Of a stretch of DNA of 64,000 nt, positions 52,640 to 64,000 are shown piece by piece; position 1 is the stretch's first letter; each line of letters starts with the position of its first letter. The stretch comes from Octopus bimaculoides. Lineage: Eukaryota. The notes under the pieces are model-generated. The model did no database searches. It worked only from the letters and a program-made list of their open reading frames with translations, and was not told where the DNA came from. The stretch lies in contig NC_068983.1 of the NCBI RefSeq assembly GCF_001194135.2, positions 84,338,397 to 84,402,396 of the forward strand, written 5' to 3'. The translations under genes were made by a program, and so were the position numbers.

Positions 52640-54695
52640 CCTTCTCTGATATGTGGCATTTGGTCAATGAGGGTGTTTGGTGCTGCTACCCTCATCTGTG
52701 TTTCCTGCTGGGAGATAGGCTTGTCTGGAACACGTATCAGGAAGAAATCCAGTTTTGTTTTAAAGACACTTACATCCAAACTATGCAGGTCTCTCAGGCA
52801 TTTTGGAAGGATATTAAAGAGCTGTGGGCCCTTGAAGCTCAAGCTTTTACAGTATCTGGTCCTGTGTTTTGATGGCGATGTTGGGATCCTTGGCACGATG
52901 CAGTGGCACCTTGTTCTGCAGTTTGAGTAACTTTCAATGCCAAAGTTTGGTACAAGGCCTCTAGGATTTTCCAGATGTATATCACTGCATATCTCTCCCG
53001 CCTTCATTCCAGGGAGAAGAGTTTTAATTCTTTAAGTCTTTCCCAGTAGCTGATATGTTGCATAGAAACGATTTTCTTAGTGTAGCTTCATTGGATTGCT
53101 TCAAGTTCCGCCGTGGATTCTTTATTTGTGGTGACCAAAGTTGGGAATAATAGTCTAAGCAGCTGAGAACGTATACCCTCCTAAAGATCATCAATGTCTC
53201 CTTTTCTCTTCTCTTGAAAGTTCGGAGGATCCAGCCAGCCAGCCATCTGCATTTTATTACCAACTTGGTAATATGCACTTGGAAAGATGCATCATTGCTC
53301 ATGTCATTGTCCAGGTCATGCACTGATTTTGATTCAGTGATTTCAATTCCTCCTGGGCCAGTGTATCCTGTCTGCATGTTGTTTAGCTTTGTGTGCTGAA
53401 AGCGTAGGGCCTGGAATTTTCCTGCATTAAACTGCATGTTGTTGTCCTCAGCCCACCTGTATATTGCGTCCAACTCCCGTTGCAGATGTACAATATTTTC
53501 AGGATTTTGTATTGTCTGAGAGACTTTTGTGGCATCTGCATATGTGGCCAGGGTGGCTATCTGAGCTGCTGAGGGCATGTCAGAGAGGGCCACTATGAAC
53601 AGCAGTGACCCTAAGACAGTACCTAGTGGGACACCACTTGCTATTTGTATTTCCTTGGAGGTGGCTCCATTGGCCGCTACTGCCTGATGTCTATCTTTTA
53701 GAAAGTCGTGCAGCCACTCTCCAATTTCCCACCTATACCGAGATCATGCAGTTTGTGACATATCATACCATGGTTGACTTTATCAAGGGCTTTTGCAAAG
53801 TCGAGATATATCACATCCACATTTGAGTCATTCAGCAGCTGTTTTAGCACCCAGTTGTAGTATTGCAGGAACTGTGTTTAACAGCTTCTACCTGGGTGAA
53901 ATCCATGTTGGGTGTCAGTCAGCAAGTCATTTACTTCAAGGAATGCAACTACTGTCTTGTGGACTATTCATTCCATGACATTGCTGATGTGTGATGTCAG
54001 AGAGATAGGCCTATAATTTTTAGCATCTGCCCTGCTTCCTTCCTTATGGATAGAGCATATTATCCCTTCCTTCAGTTTGTCTGGGAGCTTACCACTTCCA
54101 AGGAAGCTCTGAGAGAGAAGCTGCAGTGGTTTTGCAAGAGCTTGTTTGCATGATTTTAGAAGGACCACTGGAACTCCATCAGGGTCAGCAGCTGAGTTTG
54201 TATCAACCTCATCCATGGCCAGCAATACATCTTCTTCTTCAATGTTTATGTACTCAATTTTGTCCTCTTTGGTTACAGGTGAAGTGGCAAACAATTCTGT
54301 TGGTTTGTTCCCCTACCTGTGTCCCAGCGGTGTAGTGAACACACTTTGGAACTGTTTGTTCAGTATTTCATTTATCCTCATGAGGTTTCCTGTGAGGGAG
54401 CCATCTTTCTGGGAGAGGGGTCCTATCTATTGGCATACTGAGGCTGTTTCTTTGGCAAACTTAAAAAAAAGCTTTAGGGTTTGACTTGATATTTTCTCTA
54501 ACCCAAGCTTCTTTAGATGCTCTCTCCTTTTTATGAGACTGATGCAGACTCTTCTCAATCTCCGATAGTGCTCTCTCCAGGTGAGATTTCTCACCACTTT
54601 TGGAGTGCTTGCTCAGGTGATTTGCAATCTTTTTCTGTCGTCTCATAAGAATCTTCCTTTCTCTGGGGATCCTGTTTTTGTGTATGTTGACCTTG
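52640..54695 (-). mobile_element. CR1-group LINE, 5'-truncated, RT to 3' end
   Basis: KSNPKAFF, ADPDGVP, NYRPISLTSHI, YADATK, RWAEDNNMQFNAGKF, FKTKLDFFL; several stops and frameshifts. Confidence 0.9.
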
Positions 54696-54714
54696 CACAA
54701 AAGAGACTTTAAAC

Positions 54715-55089
54715 CAATGGTTCTCAGTCAGGGTCCATATAAGATAGGTAGCTGGGGGTCATGCAAATAAAATAGCAAATTAGGAATCCACAGTAGTATT
54801 TTAAGGGTCCATGAAGAAAAAGTTTGCTTTAGATGTATTAACTGCAAGAAACAGCTAGGTCTTTTTCTCTAATATTTTACATAGTTTAACATGTTTCTAG
54901 CAACTGAAACATGTTCTGTAGGAGAGAACTATTGCAAACCTGTACAAGTGAATGTGTGAAAAACAAAAAAGGTATTTTGAAATAAGTATCTATAAAACTA
55001 GCTTTTAAACACTGAATGGCTACAGGGGTCCATCAGAATAAAATAGTAACCAAAAGAGTCCATAGGTAAAAAATGGCTGAGAACCACTG
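54715..55089. mobile_element. hAT-type MITE
   Basis: 13-bp TIR ca(a/g)tggttctcag and 8-bp TSD c(t/c)ttaaac. Confidence 0.85.
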
Positions 55090-57169
55090 CCTTAAACCAA
55101 TGTACCTGGTAGTTACTGTTGCTGAGATCCAAGTGAGAGTAGAATCTATGTACAAGCAGAGACCACTTTTCAGAGCAAAGGAGATCTTAATAAGCACACA
55201 CACCACCTTTTTGAAAGAAGTTATGATATAATAGCGCCTAGCCTGGGCAGCAGAGATTATTTAAGGTAAAAGATGAGAGATGTGTGTCTTGTAAAGGCAT
55301 TGAACATCTGATTTGTGTGTTAGTAGGTGGTCGAGGATAAGATCTTCATAGAGGATGGATATTTGCAGAGGAGATTGGGGCATTATCCAGTAGATTTAGC
55401 TAGTATGGTAATTTGGAACTAGATTTCAGCCAAAGTATGAGTACCATAGCAATGGAATAGTGCATCTAGTATATCTAAAACACATGGTGAAGTATAAATA
55501 AAAGACAATAAGTTGCAAGTACAAACTAAATCTGCAAATAAATCTTTATTCACAACTTCAGTTCTTTAAGTTTACTACATTTCTAATATCTTCTGATAAA
55601 GGTATTAATACTACAAATGCTTCCCTCTATCTTTAATGTCAACAGAGTAGATTACTTAACAATGGACACATTTAATTAAGAATTAGGTAGACATAAGCCA
55701 TGGTTGCTCACAAACACCTACAAATTAAATTTTAGAACATTTACAAATTAGATTAATGTTATTCACCTTTTAATCAAAATCTCTCTGAGAACCTCTAAAA
55801 GTGGCAGAAATTTTTATCACATAACTGGGAGCATAAATAGTGGTGAGAGAGTGTCTCACCCCAGCAGTGACAATTTATGAAGAAGCATTGGAAAGTTCTT
55901 GTATTAGAGAGAAAGATGCTGTGAATAAGGCCTCATTATTTCACTGAGACTAAGTGACTAAAGATTCCACATGGCTATAATCATCTGGTTTCAAACTGAA
56001 CTTAAGAACCTAGTCAAATTCTGAAGAAATTTGCAATTACAGAGTAAACAACATTTTTAATCAAATTCGTTAAGTCTCCACCTCATGGCCATGAAACAGA
56101 CACTGATATAAAAAAAAAACAGTTAATTGTTGAGTCACGTTTCTTTTTTCCTTTCTCTGTCTGTCTGTTTTTGTTTTGTTATTTCTAAATTTTTTTTAAA
56201 TACATATAACTGTGTCTATCTGACTGTTGCCTCTTTCACCTCCTCCTTCTTTCTATGTTTCTTCGTTTCTTAACTGCTGCTGGGAGGTGATAAACAATTT
56301 ATTATATTGGTATAAGGTGACAAATTTGACTGAGTGTAATCAATTCAATTCCTCAGAGCATGTACTGCTGACTCCAGAATGACAAAAAGTAAAACCACCT
56401 TTGATGTGATTTAAATTGAGCATGTTAGGAAATAAAATTGAATACAGACATCCTCAACATTATAGAAGCATAATGTTACTGAAGTCTTACATTCTAAGAA
56501 GAGAAAACTGGATATAGTGATTACTTGGATTGGGGCTGACAAAGGATTGGACATAACAAAGGTAGTGAGGAAAAGAGAGATGAATGAGTAAGAAATACCT
56601 GAACAGAGGTTGCAAAAAACCACCCAACTCCGCAGAGCAAATACAACATGCAATAGAGGGGAAAAAGTGCAGATTGAGAGATAGACTTATTATAATCCTA
56701 GATCACAAGTTGTTTTGATTCCCTGTTGATGGCTATTCACTTCATTTTCTGCCACAATATCAATAAAAAATAATCATAAGATAATTGCAAATAATGAAGT
56801 GATGTGTGTTGCCTGATAAAGTTGAGGATATCATTTAGGGATTTTGCTGAGATTTGGAAATGAAGATAGTTGCTGATTTGGTTAGTCAGACTCTTACTAC
56901 ATATAACTATGGCACATATCAAAGAAATATATATTTATCTATCCTATGTAATGGCGCAGTAAATAGAGTTAGTTGCTTGATAATTGGTAGTCAGCCAGAG
57001 GTATGTATCAATGAGTGACCTGACCAAGTCCCCTTTTACAAGTTAATTTGGTATTTATTTCCAATGACAACGTGAACTGAAGTAATGTAAAAAATAAAAT
57101 GTCCAACCCATGATGGAACAAATTGCCTGCAACATATTTGAACTTATGACCTACGAGCAATTACTTTAA

Positions 57170-57375
57170 CCCTTTAGCATGCCAAGCATTCTATCAGATG
57201 CAGAGCTTATTTATTCAGATTCTTTGAATTATGCATGATCTCATAGCTTTGAGATCTCAATGATGTAACTGTTTACTTTTAGAATGACATTGTAGGGCAA
57301 GTGTAAGAGGCTGGATCTGTCCATAAAACAAGTTGAATATTTAGGCCAGCTATGGCTGCTTTAAATGCTAAAGGA
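57170..57375. mobile_element. piggyBac-type MITE, inverted copy of 28931-29138
   Basis: TTAA TSDs, TIR ccctttagcat, and internal reverse-complement similarity. Confidence 0.8.
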
Positions 57376-57869
57376 TTAATATCATATTCATTTAGCTTTT
57401 TCACCTCTGCTCGGTGATACATATATGGGAGATTGAGATATAGGTTTCCTTTCAAGATCTCTCATTATTAGCTAAAGAACTTTCCTTTGTTGATGAATAA
57501 CCATGTCTTTTTTTTTTTAGTAAAAGAAAAAGAAGAATCCTTTTTCATTGCTTATCCCCAGGTTAATGATAGTTGAGGAGACATATGCTCAAAGCATTCC
57601 AACTATGATCATCCAATAATTCCTTCTGCTTTTTAACACAGTAATGAGTAATTTGGCTCTATTCTTGACTGATCAATCGTCCACATAGAAAATTCTAAGA
57701 AGAGTTACCATATGCTATTCTGGCAGCAAGATGATAATGGTATTTAGACAACACCATTATCCTCCTCACCACCATTACTATGCCACCCCACCTCTGCCAC
57801 CACCTCCTCCACCATCATCATCACTGTCGTCATTGCTGTTGTCATATCATCATCACCTAAAAATCATCT

Positions 57870-58160
57870 CTTGCTCACTATTAGGCTGACTTCTACCTTG
57901 CGACAAATATGGACAACTCTTCCATATCCACCAGCAGCTTTTCTTCACCAATAATTGATGAAGATAGGCGAGAGTTCTTCTGTTCAGATTTAGTTTTTGA
58001 GAAAAATCTTCAATCCACCACACACATATGGGATCTTTGCAATACCACACATCAGTAAGGGACTATAGAAGCTCTACTGAGACAAGGTGAGAATCTCTAA
58101 TAAAGTTTGCTTGACCAACAAGAAAAGGCAGTCAAATCTCCATCAACTCACACTCTGCAT
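57870..58160 (+). mobile_element. Old RTE-X-like LINE remnant
   Basis: FLRKIFNPPHTYG...KLY*DK resembles LRKIFGP...ELY. Confidence 0.35.
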
Positions 58161-60989
58161 ACTGTTTTACAAAACAAATGGATACATTAAATAATATAGT
58201 CCTAGATGCACTATGACTAAAGCAAAAAAAAACAAAAAAACGGGATGGTCACACTGAAATGCCTTTTATCACATGTCTGCTTAGAGCTGATCAGAGATTA
58301 AACAACAGCACTATGGAATTATCATACTAGTCAGACATAGCAACACACAATACCATAGACATTCTGAACATCATTAGGATGAGACAGAAAGAGATGCAGG
58401 AGCAGACAGGTGAAAATTAAGCTACATATTGCAGCAGTAGCTGTGGGAATGTTGTAGATGTTGATGCTGCTGTGTCTACTGATGTTGCTGCAGATGATGA
58501 TGTTGATCATCATGATGGTGGTGGTGGCGGCAGTGGTGGTGGTGGTGGTGGTGTGATGATGAGTTAGCAGTGTTTGGGTTTCCAAGTTTCAAGTAGACTG
58601 TTTGGTAAAAAGCCAAGTTAATTACTTGTCTCGGAAATATTATGTTTGCCATAATCCAAAGGCCGACTAAGTCATCAGAAATGTCAATAACTTCCTTCTA
58701 TTTTGATTTGTTAAAACTTCAATGATATTTAGGCATCTATATGTGTATATAAATTGTATGTGCATTTATCTACATGTACTTTCATACACATGCACAAATA
58801 TTATTATCCTCATCATCATCATCATCATCATCTTCGTTATCATCGTCATCATCATCATCATGATTATTATTATTATTAATGCAGCGAGCTAGCAGAATCA
58901 TTAGCACACCAGGGAAAATGCTTTGTGGTATTCGCCTGTCTTTATGTTCTAAGTTCAAATTCTGCTAACATCAACTTTGCCTTTCATCCTTTCAGGTTCA
59001 ATAAATTAAGTACCAATGTAATCAACTAGTACCCTCCCCCAAAATTTCAGGCATTGTACCTACAGCAGAAAGGATTATCCTTATTGAGGCAGCAAACTGG
59101 CAGAATCATTAGCACTTCAGACAAAATATTTAGCAGCATTTCTTCTGCCACTTTATGTTCTGAGTTCAAATTCTGCCAAGGTCAATTTAGATTTTCATCC
59201 TTTCAGGGCCAATAAGTATCAATCTAGTACTGGGGTGAATGTAATCAACTTATCCCATACCCTCAAAATGTTGGCCTTATGCCAAACTTTATTGTTATTA
59301 TTATTATTACTCTTTATTTATAAAGGCACTTAGTGCAGATAAATGGACCCGATTGCTTAAGTTTTCTGAAGTGATCTCTCTTTTTGATGGACGAAACAGT
59401 CAAGTATATTGATTCCAAAAAGATGAAAGACAAAATGAACTTTGGTATAATTTGAGCTCAGAATGCAAAGTGCCAAACTAAATGCTTTGAGGCATTTAAA
59501 ATAACACTCTAAGAAGGCAGTAAGCAGGCAGAATCATTAGCACACCAGGGAAAATGCTTAGCGGCATTTCACCTGTCTTCATGATCTGAGTTTACATTCC
59601 GCCAAGGTCAACTTTGCCTTTCATCTTTTTTTTGTGGGGGGGGGGATAAAATAAGTACCAATTGAGCACTAGGGTTGATGTAATCAACTTACACCCTCCC
59701 CCAAAATTGCTGGCTATGTGGCAAAATTTGAAACCAACGTTACTATCTTAATGTCCAATACACTTTAACAATACCAAAAGGCTTAAAGTCTGACACTCCA
59801 ATAGTCCTGTCATATTCACTTTAAAGCACTATATTGGCTGAGCTTATCCAAAGTTACTAAGTTTGGAAAGTGCAACAGTAAGTTTTTGGGTTTTCAGTCA
59901 TTTGGCAATGTCTATCAAATTCATTTGTTTCTATATCTCTGTTAAAATAACTTGCTAAGCTCATACCTCCATACTATGTTATAATGATCCCCCATATAAC
60001 ACTGTTTCATTTAGCACTCATACAAATGTATCTTGAATTCTAACTGAAGTACAACTGTAACTTTTTTTCATTTTCTGACAGAAAAAATATCTCTGGCAAG
60101 AGGAAACTAACTAGAATGAGAACACTGAAGTACACTTATCACCAAACACACTTAACTGAGGAATATGCAGTTTATATCCTTTCATTCATAATGAGCTGGG
60201 ATCCATGATAGACACTTAGCTCTCAAAGGAATCTGTCAATGTAAGTTAAGCATGAACTAACCAATGGAAACACTGATGACAAACTAGGAATTTTCTCAGT
60301 TACTTCTTTAGTTAGCTCAACTGATCATACTTCTTAATATGTTAGGAATGCTTTGTTAGTATTATTCAATTTTTTAGTTCTCTTTTGTTATTATCTTTTT
60401 GCCAGGAAAGAAATTTAAGGAAGAGATAAAAATATAAGTGGTCTATAGTTGTATTCAAACTAAGATTAATCAAAATAATGGTCTCTTATGCATTGAATTA
60501 TAGTATCCTGGATTTACAATACAGAGCTATTGATGGATGGATAAATATAAATATAATTGCATGAACTCAAATACACAATTTCTTCTTCCCTCCCCACTCT
60601 TTCTCTATCTGAATAAACTGTCCTACCTAAAGGATATATGATTAATTACTTTTAGATACACAAAGCCTCAAAGTTTTAAAAGATATGAGATTTTATAATT
60701 CATGCACATTCCAGGAGAATTACCTTTTTAATTGAAATTAAATCAAATGACTACAACTGAGAATGAAAATTGGGTCATTAACTTCACTTTGACACAAATG
60801 CATAATACTTTTCACACTAACAGTATCAAATTAATAAGATTAATTTCAAGTTTAATCAGTCATTACCAATGTAACCTTTGAGCTTCTTAGTAAACAGCAT
60901 TTTCTCTAGAAAACAACTTTATGTAAGAGATTTCTGCATGTAAAACATTCAGTTATAATTCAGTGCCATCTATATATCAAGAAATGATC

Positions 60990-61330
60990 AGCTTTACTGA
61001 GCTCTTTCCAGAAAACCTGACACTTATCTATGACTGCTAGATAAACAGAGGTAGTGAATAAAGTGAATGACCTGAAAATACACTGAAATAATTTCAGTGG
61101 GTTTAAACTTGCGCTCTACTTGCTCCAACACTATAAATTCAGCCAATTCACTTTTTTGTTGAAAATTACTGAAGCTGCTAAAACATTTTATACACTTCAT
61201 AGTCTGTTTGGAAATATAAAGTTGTTGTTTGGCTGCACCAGGTCAATCCTGATTGAACAGGTTTTAGATCAAAAGATATTCCATTTCTGGTCAGACCAAT
61301 TTTTACTTACGTATAACTTTCCTTTTTCTG
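60990..61330 (-). mobile_element. Possible decayed Tc1-type transposase remnant
   Basis: KNWSDQKWNIF*S, FQQ and tttaaacccactgaaatt resemble the W..IFSDE, FQQDN and LNPIEN blocks. Confidence 0.3.
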
Positions 61331-61899
61331 CTAGCTCTACCTTTGGAAATCATTATAAAATTTGAAAAAGACCTTTTTTGACTATTAACACAAAACTTGA
61401 TACATACAAAGTTGTTATAGTGATAACACAGCTTTATGAATGTGAAGTAAAAGCATGCAGCTTAGTGGTTAGGAGTATTCAGTTCACGATTGCAAGGTTG
61501 TGAGTTCAATTTCCAGCAACGCATTGTGTCCTTGAGCAAGACACTTTATTTCATGTTGCTCCAGTCCACTCAACAAAAATGAGTTGTACCTGTATTCCAA
61601 AGGGCCAGCTTTGTCACATTCTGTATCATACTGAATCTCCCTGAAAACTACGTTAAGGATACATGTGTCCATGGAGTGCTCAGCCACTTGCACATTAATT
61701 TTTTCACAAGAAGGCTGTTCTGTTGATTGGATCAACTGGGACCCTTGTTGTTGTAACCAATGGAGTGCCAGTTTTATGGATGTGAACTTGGACAGTTTAT
61801 CAAAGTTTACTTAACATGTCTATGAAAAATTCTCACCATCAACTGGCAGAATAAAATTCCAAATACTACTGTGCTACAGAGAGCTAATATGTCAAGCAT

Positions 61900-62330
61900 G
61901 TATGTATGCTTTCCTAAGTAAATTCCAGCTACAGCAGTGTGGACATGTAGTGCTCATGCCTGACTCCAGACTCCCTAAACAGATTTTCTTAAATGAACTA
62001 GCAGTTGGCTCTCAGTCATGTGGTGAACCAAAGAAGAGACACAAAGACTCTCTCAAAACAAATGTGAAAAAGGTATAACTTAGAGCAGTCTACTTGAGAA
62101 CATCTTGCTCAAAATTGCTCACTGTGGTAGTGCTGTGTACTCTAGAATACATCACTCAGAATCAGAAATGATCAGAGAAACAAAAGAGAAGAGGGCTGCA
62201 TGGAAAGCAAGTGTCCCACCAGGTCCTAACTCTGCTACTATGTGCTCCCACTGTACTCATGGATTTTATGCCTATATTGGCCAAATAAGCCACCTTAGGA
62301 ATAAAGAGTAAAGCCACTAATCTGTAATCA
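61900..62330 (+). mobile_element. RTE (BovB-like) LINE 3' fragment
   Basis: GHVVLMPDSRLPKQIF...KKRHKDSLK...CSHCTHGFYAYIGQISHLR. Confidence 0.75.
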
Positions 62331-63153
62331 TCTTCAATGACATGAAGAATGAATGTCAGATGTAAATTGAGGGAAACTTGAGTACTATTTCTATCAGGTG
62401 AAGCGCTTTCATAGATGCACTCTTGTTGGTACAGAGTAATAAAGTTATTAGTATAACTTTTTCATATTATAATATTCTATTGTTAAAAGGTAGTGAGCTG
62501 GCAGAAACGTTAGCATGCTGGTCGAAATGCTTAGCGGCATTTCGTCTGTCTTTACGTTCTGAGTTCAAATTACGCCAAGGTCGACTTTGCCTTCATCCTT
62601 TCGGGGTTGATAAATTAAGCACCAGTTGCGTACTGAGTCGATCTAATCGACTGGCCCCCTCCCCAAAAATTTCGGGCCTTGAGCCTAGAGTAGAAAAGAA
62701 TATTCTATTGTTAATTTGTTTTGTTCTTTTTTTCTCTATTTCTGTTGTTCAGAATCACAAGCCAAGAAAGAGCATGAGAATGATTGAATATTAGTCTGAC
62801 ATAGTTTACATTCTTATTTGTTAATAGGATTTTGTCAATAACAAATAAGAATGTAAACAATGTCAGACTGTAATATTCAATCATTCTCATACTCTTCCTT
62901 GTCAAGAAACTACACCCAAAGGTTTTATTTTATTCAATGGTAAATAATGTTTGTCATTGTTGTCGTCGATGTCATCATCATCCTCATTGTTGTCGTCATT
63001 GTCATCGTCGTTGTTGTTATTATCGTATTAACATCCACATTTCTGTATTTGCATGAGTTGGACAGAGTTCACCGAGACAGATTCCATTCTTGTTACTGAT
63101 CTTCACCTGTTTGCAAGCGAGATAATATTTCCCCATGGCCAAACATGTTTTTA

Positions 63154-63393
63154 CAGCATTATCTCTTCCAACCTGTGGTGTTTGAGACGTTCGGAGGGAC
63201 TGGGCCACTAATTGCAAAATTCTTGTCAATGTTGGCAGCTCACCTCACATAGGAGTCAGGTGATGCCCGTGAAGGTGCTCGGCTTTCCCAACGCCTTAGC
63301 CTCACCATCACCAGCATACGAGTGTGCTGGCTTGTTTCAGTAGGTTCCCTTAAACCATGTGGTGTGCGACCAGTTGCTGTGATAAAAAAAAAT
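63154..63393 (+). mobile_element. CRE-like non-LTR retrotransposon 3' end with A-tail
   Basis: YLFQPVVFETFGGTGP..AKFLSMLAAHLT*ESGDAREGARLSQRLSL resembles the C-terminus of CRE-type restriction-like endonucleases; A-run at ~63383-63393. Confidence 0.55.
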
Positions 63394-63669
63394 TCCCCAT
63401 AAATGGTTTCAATAGTTTTAACAGAAAGTTTTGGAAGAATTAGATTAAAGTTCTCCAGTAATTTTCTTTCATGTAAATAAATGTTTATGTTAATTTAAAA
63501 ATTTGCCAGCAAATTCTTGTAAAATGACAATGTTCTAAAAGATGTACATGTTTATATGTTATATAGGAAAATAAAAATTTTATATTAAAATTGGAAATGA
63601 GTGACACTACTTATGTGATGGTAACACATTTCCAACTGCCACATGATGTCAATACAGAGACACACACAA

Positions 63670-63705
<36 letters not shown>

Positions 63706-64000
63706 GGCATATACACTGGGTTGCTTTCACATTCTGTCTACCAAATCTACTGGTGAAGCTTCAGTTGTCCTGGGGCTATGGTAGAAGACATTTGCTTAAG
63801 ATTCCATATAGTGGAACTGAACCTGGAATCATGTGGTTGGGAAGCAAACTTCTTAACCATACAGAAGAACCAACTTTTATGCTTGGAGATTAAAAAAAAA
63901 AGACCTGCTAGATGAAGCACTGTAACAAGGGTCAGGCATTCTATTTCTAATGCAGAGTTATCAGCCAGCACCTTACTACAGCTATTATGTTCAATTTGTC

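Noticed and set aside
55106-55185. Minus-strand exon-like segment (LLCSEKWSLLVHRFYSHLDLSNSNYQ)
   Set aside because: Weak splice sites, adjacent to a MITE, and no phase-compatible neighbouring exons or recognisable protein.
61072-61320. Apparent minus-strand exon pair (VELAEKGKLY|gtaagt and TMKCIKCF...VYFQ)
   Set aside because: The continuous translation looks more like a decayed Tc1 transposase, and no other exons or homologue were recognised. The rejection is tentative.
62105-62311. ORF with a CxxC...H zinc-finger-like end
   Set aside because: It is the C-terminus of an RTE/BovB-like LINE, not a host gene.

Overview
AT-rich, repeat-dense animal genomic DNA with seven N-gaps. The SINE/LINE repertoire looks cephalopod (Octopus-like); this is an inference. 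Two protein-coding genes are well supported and converge tail-to-tail. (1) A + strand Spindly (SPDL1) gene has 10 coding exons (19910-38958, 1131 aa). It keeps the CC1 box, the Spindly motif GNSLFSE|LEDRR and a C-terminal CaaX (CAQQ), and it carries a ~557-aa acidic N-terminal extension with internal tandem repeats. (2) A - strand polyubiquitin gene (45794-43402) has about 10 units, judged from the gap size, and ends in a decayed 36-aa pseudo-ubiquitin tail. The rest is introns and intergenic DNA filled with non-LTR retrotransposon remnants (CR1-group, RTE, R4/Dong, CRE-like, Penelope-like with a hammerhead-like motif), tRNA-derived SINEs, and hAT, piggyBac and Tc1/mariner MITEs. Three separate fold-back (inverted) duplications sit at or within retroelements. 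No prokaryotic features (CRISPR, rRNA, operons) were found. All alignments and CpG impressions were made by eye; repeat boundaries are approximate unless a TSD or TIR is quoted.
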